Origin: Mizuhopecten yessoensis
Taxonomy: Eukaryota
DNA length: 64,000 nt
Direction of reading: 5' to 3'
Assembly (NCBI RefSeq): GCF_002113885.1
Contig: NW_018408820.1
Span: 1,284,754 to 1,348,753, forward strand
Below are positions 1-11,700 of this stretch, one piece after another. Below the pieces are notes generated by a model. That model was not told the origin of the DNA and did not search any database. It saw only the letters and a program-made list of their open reading frames with translations. A program made the translations under genes and the position numbers. The stretch's first letter is position 1; each line of letters starts with the position of its first letter.

Positions 1-120
1 TGGCAAATTATAATACACAAAAACTCTTCATTGTTGAATCAATATATTAGATATTTGATAGGACAGCTGTTTTCTTTTTAGTCAGTAACCTTTTTCAATT
101 TGAAAAAAAATAAAAATCGT

Positions 121-297
121 TGTAATAGGAAAGAAAAATAGAAAGTGGAAAAATGAGGTGCCCCAGCTGGAATCGAACCCACGACCCCAGGTTACGGAGG
201 CCAACGCTCTACCACTGAGTTAAAGGGACATGTCCTGTTAGCTGACTGACAGAACCACTATTTGTACATAGTACATTTACTACCCAGATCTTTCACA
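121..297 (-). mobile_element. Solo/partial LTR of a tRNA-containing miniature LTR retrotransposon (Helenus-type TRIM)
   Basis: Minus strand reads TGTGAAAGATCTGGG...TCCCTTTAACTCAGTGGTAGAGCG (A-box)...GGTTCGATTCC (B-box)...CCTATTACA, with TG..CA ends and the same layout as the LTRs at 34401-34772. The acceptor and anticodon stems do not pair, so it is not a functional tRNA. Confidence 0.65.
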
Positions 298-964
298 CTA
301 CTTTTGCATTACATGTAGTTCAAGTTACATTTGTTACAAAATAATTTCTTTTTCATTTGGCAACATCGATAACATCAGCTTTTACATAACTCAGGTGTCC
401 GTTAAGGCCCATGGGCCCCTTGTTTTATATATTGCATCGTCCCGGCAGAGAAGGTCAGGTATTCATATTAGTACTAATCTAAATCTTGCATGTAAATACA
501 AAAAAACCTTTCAATTCAGCAATATAATTAAATTATACCATTTTACTGAACCCAGGAATACTATAAATTATGTAAATCTAATAACGCAAGTGTCTCATTT
601 GACCCCGAGTACCGACAGAGGAGAGAACAGAATACGCCTTGGCCATCACAACAGTTATCCCTAGGAGGGCCTCATAGCAAAATCAAACTAACCAGTCACT
701 TATCCATTCCTTTCGCATTAACTACTATATATAGAAACACAAAGTAAACTCTCCCCGATACATGACCATTAACATAACAAAATAAGTTCATCTGTATTCA
801 AACTCGGACAAAAATACTGTTGATTCCATTTCAGCTTTTAACCGAAGGCCAGTTATTTTCTTCTTTGAATACTTTCCACCTGCAATAATGATTCCGTAAA
901 TATCTCCTTGTGCTATCTTTTGACCATTTTGCAACTTTTCGCTTCGTAGCTCACGCGGTACAAC

Positions 965-1630
965 GATTTTTAGCTTACCTTGGCCGAAGTGAGCTTATGC
1001 CGTGGTGTGGCGTCCGTCGTCCGTCCATCGTCCGTCATCCGTCCATCGTCCGTCATCAATATTTTACTTTAAACAACTTCTTCTTAATAACCAAGAGGCC
1101 TAGGGTGATGATATTTGGCCAGCAACAAACTGGAAATAAGAACTACCAAGTTTGTTCAAATAAATGACCTTCACCTATTTTCAAGGTCTCAGGGGTCAAT
1201 TGTCTTGAAAACCTTAAAACGACTTCTTCTGTATAACCAAAAGGTCCAGGGTGATGATATTTGGCCAGAAGGATGTTGGCATGAAGGGCTAGCAAGTTTG
1301 TTCAAACAAACGACCTTTACCCATATTCAAGGGCACAGGGGTCAAATAAATTGAAATCTTTAAACGACTTCTTCTGAATAACTAAAGCATACATGGTGAT
1401 TGCTTGTTGATGTGAATGACCTTGATACACTTTTATGGTCACATCTGGTCCATAGTGCATAAATCTTTAAAAGTCATCTTCTCAATAAACAAAAGGTATA
1501 AGGGGGTGAAATTTGTCAAGTTGCATTCTGGGAGTAAGGGCTATGAAGTTTGTTCAACTTTATGTCCATGTTTGACTTTCAAGGTCACAGGGGTCAAATG
1601 TGTTTTAATCGTTTAACAGGTTCCTCTGAA
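965..1630 (+). mobile_element. Helentron-associated (HINE-like) non-autonomous repeat
   Basis: TTTTTAGCT-ACCT...GTGAGCT 5' hairpin, (CGTC/CCGT)n microsatellite, then ~150-bp internal repeat units (GACTTCTTC..ATAACC...CAAGTTTGTTCAAA...CAAGGTCACAGGGGTCAA). Confidence 0.55.
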
Positions 1631-2055
1631 TGACTTGAAGTCAAGACACTGATATTTTGCCTGTAACTTTATTTTACAAAACACAGGTCAGACAGGTGGA
1701 AATCCCGATGATTATCTTAAAATTATTCATTTTTATGAATCTATTTCAGCCAAATCCGATTGCTATTTTCCATAAGGAGTCTCACTTGATATGTTTATGT
1801 AGTATTATAAAAAAAAGACGAAAGAAATATACACTTCACCGTGATGTCCCTTTAAACAAATGGAAGCTTTGATTATCTATACCCAGGTATAGAGTAGTAT
1901 TATATACGATCCACTTTTAAGGTCACAGATTTGTTCGCAAACAACACTGAAAAGTAGTTGATTGGTAGTCGAGTTGTATAGGCCATTTGGTTTCAAAATC
2001 ATAATTCTGTGAATGTATCACAATCTGTAGTCTTGACATTTTACTTATATAGGGA

Positions 2056-2207
2056 TTGAATGGATTTTTTTCATGTACATTACGGCAATGAATAGCAGTA
2101 GTTGATCTACATATCATGTGGAGCGCGTTAGCCCTCCTCAGAAGATATGTAGTAGATCAGCTACTGCTATTCATTGCCGCAATGTACATGAAAAAAAATC
2201 CATTCAA
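2056..2207. repeat. Near-perfect ~150-bp inverted repeat (palindromic MITE-like hairpin)
   Basis: TTGAATGGATTTTTTTCATGTACATTACGGCAATGAATAGCAGTAGTTGATCTAC pairs with GTAGATCAGCTACTGCTATTCATTGCCGCAATGTACATGAAAAAAAATCCATTCAA. Confidence 0.85.
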
Positions 2208-3044
2208 TTCATATTTTAACGTTACGATCAACTACAATAAAAAAAGTTACAACACATTTTGTAAATTACGGATATTTAATATTTGTATCCGACAGGAAAC
2301 TATAAGAATGGAACAGCCAGAACTCCAGCCTACACACAAACTTCAAATGTTCGACTTCCGCCGATCAGCTGATTTTAAATCGAATAATAACCAACACTTG
2401 ATATTACTTTAATTTTTAAAAATTGATCTTATTTGACGTTTCTTTTTGCATTAAACACTACATATTATATATCTAAAAATGTTTTTGTCCGAACTATTTC
2501 AAATCATCGGTCACCATAGTAACAAACCAGGACACCCGTCGGCAATAGGCATAAAGCTCATTTGAAGTTAAAGGTACAGCCGTTGAATATGATGTTTGCC
2601 AAAACACCTGCAGATGTAAATGATGATAAGTTGACGGATGAAGTGCCCTGTGTCGTTACAAAGTTCTTTGGGTTTTAGTGTGCAAGTTGATGTCAAGGGG
2701 ATTACCCAGCCAGACGTTTGGGTGTTAGAAAGTTTGTGACTACGAGGAACCGATTGTGAATACGAAGTCAGTATTTAATATGACAATGCTATAAATCTTT
2801 CTTTTAATTTCACAATTAAAAAAAAAAGAATGGTACAATGGTGGATCATTTATGATTTTTGTAATGTTTATTATAATTTCTCGCAACAACGTTATCTCGG
2901 AGACGGGGAGATTACTCTTCTCGGAAACATTACTATGCATAGTAATATGAAGTTGTAATTGTGTGTGATAGTGTATTCATGGTATAATGGCAGTTGTTTT
3001 CAGTTGGTAGATTCATGTACAGAATAAACATTAATAATGTAAAT

Positions 3045-3715
3045 ATAATCCTGTGAATGTCACACAATCTGTAGTCTAGACATTTTACATATAATCCAGT
3101 GATTGTCACACAATCTGTAGTCTAGACATTTTACATATACTCCTGTGATTGTCACACAATCTGTAGTCTAGCCATTTTAGATATAATCCTGTGAATGTCA
3201 CACGATCAGTAATCTAGACATTTTACCTAAAATCCTGTGAATGTCACACAATCTGTAGTCTAGACATTTTAGTTATAATCTTGTGAATGTCACACAATCT
3301 GTAGTCTAGACATTTTAGTTATAATCTTGTGAATGTTACACAATCTGTAGTCTAGACATTTTACTTATAATCCTGTGAATGTCTAACAATCTGTAGTCTA
3401 GACTTTTTACTTATAATCCTGTGAATGCCTCACAATCTATAGTCTAGACATTTTTTTCTTAAAATCCTTTGAATGTCTATCACACATCAGTAGTCTGGAC
3501 ATTTTACTTATAACCATGTGAATATCACAAAATTTGTAGTCTAGACATTTTACTTAAAATCCTGTGAATGTCACACAATCTATATTCTAGACATGTCACT
3601 TATAGTCCTGTAAATGTATCACAATCTGTAGTCTAAATATTTTACTTATAATCTTGTAAATGTCTCACAATCTGAAGTCGAGACAATTTACTAATAATCC
3701 TGTGAATGCCACACA
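3045..3715. repeat. 46-bp minisatellite (~14 copies)
   Basis: Unit CCTGTGAATGTCACACAATCTGTAGTCTAGACATTTTACTTATAAT; an orphan unit also lies at ~2003-2050. Confidence 0.95.
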
Positions 3716-3794
3716 CCGTTAGGTGATTACTTTGTCTTTGATTTCCATGTCATTGTCATGGTAACTAGATATACTAGTTATTTGGTTACAGGTG

Positions 3795-5381
3795 TCACAC
3801 GCTGCTGTACTGTAGTAATTTGACTTTGTAGCCCTCAAACAATACCCATAGGCCATCGTCCCTGTCTATACCTACAGCCCATGTTTCCTCTGTGTCTGTG
3901 TGTATGACCCTGAGGAACTCACCAACTCCACTGATGAGTAGGACCCTGCAGGTGTACCAGTCCCCTATGATCAGGTTCCCCACACTGTCATACACAACAC
4001 CACGGGGGTTAAATGGTCCACCTTCTGTTTGTGGTGTTGGTTTATATGTACTGGGAATGTCACCTCTATATACAAACAGCTCCTTGAAATCAGTGTCCAT
4101 CACAACAACATGTTTGTTTCCATCACCACCATCACTTTCACTACTGAATTCAGCGACTGCCATATTGTGTGTGACAGGACATTCTGCAATCCTGAGTGGT
4201 GTACACACTAATGGTTTCCCAGTCCCTTTAGTCATTGTAGTACACACCATTTTACCATCTGTGGTAAATTTTGAGATGTGTTTGGTCATCCCTACAATGA
4301 CATGGTTACTGGCTGTAATACATATACTCCAGGGTTCCTTCATGGTACTGAATCTGTGTAGCAGTCGCCATGATACCAGCTCCGTGATGTTGTTGTCTCT
4401 GTCACAGACCCACAGTGTGTGTGTGGTTGGTGACAAACTGATGTCATTGATCCTGACATTGTGTTTGACCTCCTGTATTACTTTACCCGTACTGTCCAGG
4501 AGATTTAATGTGTTATAGTACTGGGGCCACACCTGACCATCAGGGGTGGGACATATTGAACTAATGCCGAATAGAGACTTCCACCTCTTCATCACCTTGG
4601 TCTGTGGCAGTAGTTTGTATGTTGTCACTGCCTTCTTCACTTATGCTCCTGACCGTTGTTGTGTAGAGGGTTGTCCCATATCATCAGATGTTGAGACTGA
4701 CCGATCCTGGTCAGTTAAAGCTTGACCTTGACCTGAGGTTATAACTTTTCCCAAGGCTTTTTTCAAGCTATCTTGAGGACTTTCATTTGGAGTGAAGTTG
4801 GCAGTACCCAGGACAGGTTTTACAGGGAGACTGTATATAGGAGAATGGATCTCACAAAACGTATCATAAATCTGTAAGTGTGAACCACGCTGGAGAGCTG
4901 CTTTACATGCTTGTAGTTGTTGTTTGAGTTGCTTCTCGTACATCTCGAGGTCCTGCTTGTATTTCTTTATCAGCTTGGTATTATCCTCTTCCATTTTGTG
5001 GTAAAGAGAGAGTGTCTGTGCTGTTAGCATGTCCAGCTCTTGTTTTAATTTATCCGTTTGCATTTTTAACTTTTGTGACAGCTTCTGAAAAGTACTGGTG
5101 TTGTCTTTAAGCAGGTTATCGGTAGCGGTGATGTATTTTCCAATTTGTACAAGGTCATTTTTTTCTGTTCTGTCTATAAAGTTTTTAATGTCTGGTTCTT
5201 TCTGAGGAGTGATTTCACTTAGCTCACTAACTGGATGGGCTTTGTGTATAGAAGAAAAACATTTTGAACAAACAAGTTCCTGACATTTTTCACAATAAAA
5301 TTCTAGTTGTCTCCCTTTGTGGTGTAAACATGTCGTTTGACCTTTGATACGGAGAGGCATTTGGCTTTTAGGAGTTGCCAT
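3795..5381 (-). pseudogene. Intronless B-box / coiled-coil / NHL-like beta-propeller TRIM-type gene interrupted by one in-frame TAA (4641-4643)
   Basis: ATG at 5381 (MATPKSQMPLRIKGQTTCLHHKGRQLEFYCEKCQELVCSKCFSSIHKAH = B-box), then a coiled coil. After TAA the same frame continues for 281 codons of NHL/SMP-30-like repeats (FNPRGVVYDSVGNLIIGD). ORFs 4641-5462 and 3795-4640 abut in one frame. Confidence 0.8.
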
Positions 5382-6061
5382 TTTGATGAAAAGCAAGATT
5401 ATTTGTTGAAGCCTTGAAGATGTTTGTTGTTCTTGTATTACTATATTGTTATCAGTAAACACTCACAAATAAGAGTTAGTCATGTAAAGAATTGGAAACT
5501 TGACTTATAACTGTCCCATCCAGTGGTATATGTTTGTTAAACTTATAGCAATGTAAAAACACTGTAGAATAACTACCTCACGGTCACTGATGTCACAGGG
5601 TTACTGTGATGATGAATCAAAGTTTTCCATTCCACACATCTCAATGTTCACTTACATTGTCCATATTTATCCAGCCCAGGAATTCACAATCACATGATGA
5701 ACTTCCCTCTAGCTTTGCTGATAAATCTGTCACTTTCCTGCTGACATTGTAAAAGTTTGATCAAAACTTAAAGTCAAAAGTTCGGCTGAATTTGACGATG
5801 CTGCTGACTAGTTAGTAATATCAACAAATTTCTGCTCTGGATACCTGTCACTGCAGCAATGCGTAGATCTTCCTGTTTCGACCTGCAGTTGTACAAAGTT
5901 GAAATAACTTCCCTGTTGAGCAAGGTTACCGACAGGCATACAGTGATTATAAAGAAATCCATAGTAAAGTAGGTCAGTGGAGGTTGTGTTTAAAAACCTT
6001 AGCATTTACATACCTGGCGTGCATTGTCTAAAATGTATGTGTATTCAGTAATCTGATAGCT

Positions 6062-7096
6062 GTACCTAAGGTAGATATACCTGTGTTTTGGGTAATAAGA
6101 CATACCTGTACTGTAGGTAGATATACCTGTGTATTGGGTAATAAGACATACCTGTACTGTGGATAGATATACCTGTGTTTTTGGTAATAAGACATACATG
6201 TACTGTGGGTAGATATACCTGTGTATTGGGTAATAAGAAATACCTGTGTATTGGGTAATAAGCCATACCTGTACAGAATGTAGATATACCTGTGTATTGG
6301 GTTATAAGACATACCTGTACTGTAGATAGATATACCTGTGTATTGGGTAATAAGATATACCTGTACTGAAGGTAGATATACCTGTGTATTGGGTAATAAT
6401 ACATACCTGTATTGTAGGGAGAGATACCTGTGTATTGGGTAATAAGACATACCTGTACTGTAGGTAGATATATCTGTGTATTGGGTAATAAGACATACCT
6501 GTACCATGGGTAGATATACCTGTGTATTGGGTGATAAGACATACCTGTACTGTGGGTAGATATACCTGTGTATTTGGTAATGAGACATACCTGTACTATG
6601 GGTAGATATACCTGTGTATTGGGTGATAAGACATACCTGTACTGTGGGTAGATATACCAGTGTATTTGGTAATGAGACATACCTGTACTATGGGTAGATA
6701 TACCTGTATATTGGGTTATAATACATACCTGTACTATGGGTAGATATACCTGTGTATTGGGTAATAATACATACCTGTATTGTAGGGAGAGATACATGTG
6801 TATTGGGTAATAAGACATTCCTGTACTGTAGGTAGATATACCTGTGTATTTGGTAATAGGTTATTCCTGTACTGTGGGTAGATATACTTGTGTATTGGGT
6901 ATTAAGACGTACCTGTACTGTGGGTAGATATACCTGTGTATTGTGTAATGAGACATACCTGTACTGTGGGTAGATATACCTGTGTATTGTGTAATAAGAC
7001 ATACCTGTACTGTGGGTAGATATACCTGTGTACAGGGTAATAAGACATGCCTGTACTGTGAGTATAGATATACCTGTGTATTGGGTAATAAGACAC
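6062..7096. repeat. 46-bp minisatellite (25+21-bp subunits, ~22 copies)
   Basis: Unit ACCTGTGTATTGGGTAATAAGACATACCTGTACTGTGGGTAGATAT. It explains the spurious repetitive ORFs at 5999-7107. Confidence 0.95.
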
Positions 7097-8672
7097 AATT
7101 TTTCCAAAAGTTATTGCCCTTTGTTTATTTCAAAATTTGATTTTTGTCCGGCAATCTCCTCCTACATTTTTCAACAGATCTCTTTGAAACTTGGTATACA
7201 TTTGATAATAATCATGATATGAAGTTGTGTCTCCCTTAAAAGAATTTTGATTCAACGATTTTTGCAAACATTATTGCCCTTTATTCATTTCAGTATCTTA
7301 TATTTTGTCCAGAGATTTCATCCTACATTTTTTATAGCATGTCAGCTTACCACTCTTAGAATGATGCAGATCTTATTTCAATGTAAGAAAGTATATAACA
7401 CTATATGGCATTCGACAGGCGTATATTGTTCCACCCCACAGTACTCTTGTTCTCAATTTTACTGCATTGCAAGGTCACAGGAGATATGCATATCTAGTGA
7501 CTTTGAATGACAGGTCAGGGATACAGCCCATTAGGCCTCTTGTTTCTCTTGCAGGTGCGATTGTATTTATTGAGACTTAAATTAGGTTTGACATCCTAAT
7601 ATATTTTTATTGCGACGTTAGATAAGTTTGTTATCCCCCGCTTTCACCGAAACGGGGGATATTAATTTGGGTTTGTCCGTCTGTCTGTCACACTTCGTTT
7701 CCGTGCAATTACTGCAACAATGGTTAACCGATTTTTTCAAACTTGGTTACAGGGTTAAATGTCTTAAGGGCTCAGCCGAGTTTGATTACCACTTTCAGCA
7801 GACTTTATTTGGCAGAGTTATGGCCCCTTGAATAACGAAAAACGTCATTATCTGCAGTTTCCGCTTAATAACTCTAGCAAATATTAACCAAATTCCTTCA
7901 AACTTGATATCAATGTTTGTGTTCCTCTGTCTGTCTTTCTCGGACACTCTTTGGTTTTCTTTTGATAATTGCTGTAGATATTGTGCAGATATTTCAACCA
8001 AATTCTGCATGCCAACCGATGTGATTTGTGCATATGTACAGATAATTAATGAGGTATAAGGCTAGTAGCTTTGTTGGTAATTAAAAGCCCAACAAAGTAT
8101 GAGAACGAAAATGACCTTGACCTACTATCAAGGTCACAGGGGTCAAATATGTAAAACTTATCAAACAATATCATCTGAATATTCGAAATGCATAGAATCA
8201 TAATATTTGGCTGGTAAATGTCACAGATAGAGCCTGACAAAGTTTGCTATTGAAAATTACCTCAACCTACTTTAAAGGTCACAGGGGTCAAATATAGCAA
8301 ACACTGTACACAGCTTCTTTTGAAGAAGTGAAAGGCATGGAGTGGTGATATTTAACAAGTAGCTTCCTTGGATAGAGCCCAACAAAGTTTGCGAATGGAA
8401 ATGACCTTTACCTACTTTATCATATTGCTTTATCTTAATCTAATTTGATATAGAGTATCCTTGGCCCAACATGGTTCAATGTTGTAGAAACCATGCCTCC
8501 AACCCTAATAGGGACAGGAGAATGGGACCCAATAAGGTAAGGGTATTACTGAGATATGTACAGAGCCAATATTTGGAAATATTTGTAGTACAGTAAAATA
8601 TTTATTTAATATTTTGCTTTGACTGCTTAAATATCCAGGTGTACAATACAGGCCCTCTGTGCCTCTTGTTTT
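7097..8672 (+). mobile_element. Cluster of HINE/Helentron-type repeat fragments
   Basis: 5' hairpin ATCCCCCG...CGGGGGAT plus (GTCT)n at 7631-7690; 3' ends CAGGT...GGCCTCTTGTT at ~7511-7545 and ~8636-8672; internal AAACTTGGTA/CAAGGTCACAGGGGTCAA units. Confidence 0.5.
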
Positions 8673-8728
8673 TAGCCCATTGTTATAGGCCTCACATAAG
8701 TAAGCATGTTTGTAATCTGTTTTTATAG

Positions 8729-11700
8729 GCTTGAGACACAGACAGAATACACTAAGGCCGCGGCTGTAGCTCTTTTTAACCTGAGAATGGGCAAGTCTAT
8801 ACAGATCCTGAGTAAGACTGCTACAAAACAAGGTAAGGATGTGATAACACGTTGCTACAAAACAAGGTAAGGATGTGATAACACGTCTCTATACAGATCC
8901 TGAGTAAGACTGCTACGAAACAAGGTAAGGATGTGATAACACGTCTCTATACAGATCCTAAGTAAGACTGCTACGAAACAAGGTAAGGATGTGATAACAC
9001 GTCTCTATACAGATCCTGAGTAAGACTGCAACGAAACAAGGTAAGGATGCGATAACACGTCTCTATACAGATCCTAAGTAAGACTGCTACGAAACAAGGT
9101 AAGGATGTGATAAAACGTCTCTATACAGATCCTGAGTAAGACTGCTACAAAACAAGGTAAGGATGTGATAAAACGTCTCTATACAGATCCTGAGTAGGAC
9201 TGCTACGAAACAAGGTAAGGAAGTGATAACACATCTCTATACAGATCCTGAGTAAGACTGCTACGAAACAAGGTAAGGATGTGATAAAACATCTCTATAC
9301 AGATCCTGAGTAGGACTGCTACGAAACAAGGTAAGGATGTGATAACACGTCTCTATATAGAACAACTTCTGTGTTATAACAGAAAATTATCTTTATGTAT
9401 ACTTCATTTTACATGCAAGCAATGATGATATTCCAATGGCTATTAAGGTGTGTGCTCTGTCACCAGACTTGGGACTAGAAAAGCATTTGTAAACTTTGCC
9501 ATAAAATGGTAGAACACTATTATCTACATATATAGGTAAGCTTTATCTTATAAAAGGTAGTGTGTAATTAATATCTGCATGTAAACTTTGTCTGATTCTG
9601 GCTGCGTGTAAATATATGTATATAATGTATTTAGAGGAGAACTTCTTGCAAACAGATCGATTTTGACATTAATGAAGTGTAGAATTTTAAGTGTTTTTAT
9701 TTCGTTTGCTTAAGGATGTATTATGTCTCTTTAGTTTGGTAACAATTAAAATATACCATGTGCAAAATTGATCTTATGTAACAGGTTATGAAAACCTGAG
9801 TGCAGTTGCCATGGCGATAGCCGGGTACCAAGAGGAGCAGCAGACAATGTGGCGCCGTACATGTGGGTCCCTGATCCAAACGGTCCACGACCCCTACCTC
9901 CGTGCAATGTTCTGTTTCCTCTCGAGTGATAAGGAGAACTATGATGAAATTCTGGTACAACTTTTGCTATATATATATTTTTATTTTATTACCGGAGGGC
10001 AGGATAATATACACTAGAATTGGTGTTGCTGAGTTAGATGTTGTGGCAACTATTTCAAAGCGTTCACTACTTTTTTGAACATTTATTTTGATGTATTTGA
10101 ATAAACCTGCAAATTAATCACAGGCATAGGCTGCCAATATCTGTGTTTGAACTCCATCATTAAAGACAAGATTTTAAGAAGTCTACAGCTGTTTAGAGAT
10201 TATAAATATTGATGGGTGTATTTTATATTGCTTATGGTATTCTTGTTTAGGGGTGCTATAAAAATAAAGAAGGGATTTACTGAAATATATATGAATCTCT
10301 CGAGACATTGTCATAGGAAAAGGGTGCTCAATTTAAATAAAAGCTGTTGTTGGAATGCTTTCGGACTGAATCATAATTATATGAATCACAAATTTAGGAC
10401 TTCTGTCATACAGATGTACTGACCATAAATTATGAAATTTGAACGGATTCCTATCAGTACTTATAGCCTGTGTTTGGTTATTAGCATACATTTTGATGTA
10501 TCTGTTAGAATGTGAAGTAATTTTCAAAGTTAAAACACCTAGCAGATACATGAAAATAAGCTTTTGACAAATATTGCGTTACAGCGATTTATTTAATTTC
10601 TGTATTGCGATACGATACATCCTGACTTCGTACAGTTAACACAGGAGTGATTTTTCTTCACCTTCTAACCGATATTGGGACCTAAGAGCAGTTCCTTAAC
10701 TCCATGTCAAGACGGCGTGGTACATTGTACATGTATTTCTCTATATCTGGCAGATTTAGAGATATATCGTATGTGGTGTGCAATGTACCACAACATATAT
10801 TGTGACAGGCCTTCTCAATTTTGTCATCAGTCTGTGTTTCAAGTGTTAATAAATAGGTCTAGGGCTGCAAATATATAGCCAATACCATACAGAGATATCT
10901 GATTATGAAAGTAGTTATAATGACACTGGCTGACCGCCCCTTTGGTTGTTTGTTGCAGGGTGACCACAACTGTATGCCGGTGGCTGACAGAATAGCTTTT
11001 GCCTGTATATACCTCTCTGACCAAAAGGTAAGTTTTCTTCAAATATTGACTGGATTGTTCTGTCAAAAAGGGCTTTGTAAATCCTGGTCAACCATAAATT
11101 TCAAACTTTAATATCTGAAAGCAAGTACTCTCAGTGGTATTTGTACTTCAGCTAGTAATGAAGGTACCATGTATAGAGGTTTTTTTACAGATGTTCATCA
11201 TGGTCTTAAAACTGCTAGCATTCCTTGGGGGTGAAATTGGTGTAAAGGATCATGGGTAAAAAACAAATTTTGCCATTTCACACTGCCAGTAAAACACACA
11301 AAATAAAAAACTTCAACAAGGCTAACATACATATTGCTGTGCTTTCATTGTTAACTGAAATCTTAAAACATGTTGTTTGAAGTACAATCACTTAAAAACA
11401 GGTACCGTGGGTATTCCAGATTCATTGCTTGTAATACATGTGTACCTGTAATAAGGTGGAGACTGTTACTGTTAACATTGTTGTTTGTTTCTACAGTTAA
11501 AGGAGTACGTGGACAACTTGAGCAGTATGATGAAGGACGAGGGATGTTTGGACGGCTTACTTCTCACTGGTATGTAATTAATTAACATGCTATCTCCTAT
11601 AAACACATGGAATATTACAATTAATTTATATTCTTATACTGGGTAAGATTTGTATTTGGGCTGGATAAAATTCACCTTCGATTTGTGTGGGTAAATTTGA

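Noticed and set aside
157-228. tRNA gene on the minus strand
   Set aside because: A and B boxes are present but the acceptor and anticodon stems do not pair; it lies within a TG..CA LTR-like unit related to 34611-34772.
3892-4518. 208-aa plus-strand ORF
   Set aside because: Antisense shadow of the TRIM NHL-like coding region; no independent motifs.
5999-7107. Several long Tyr/Gln-rich ORFs
   Set aside because: Translations of a 46-bp minisatellite in rotating frames.
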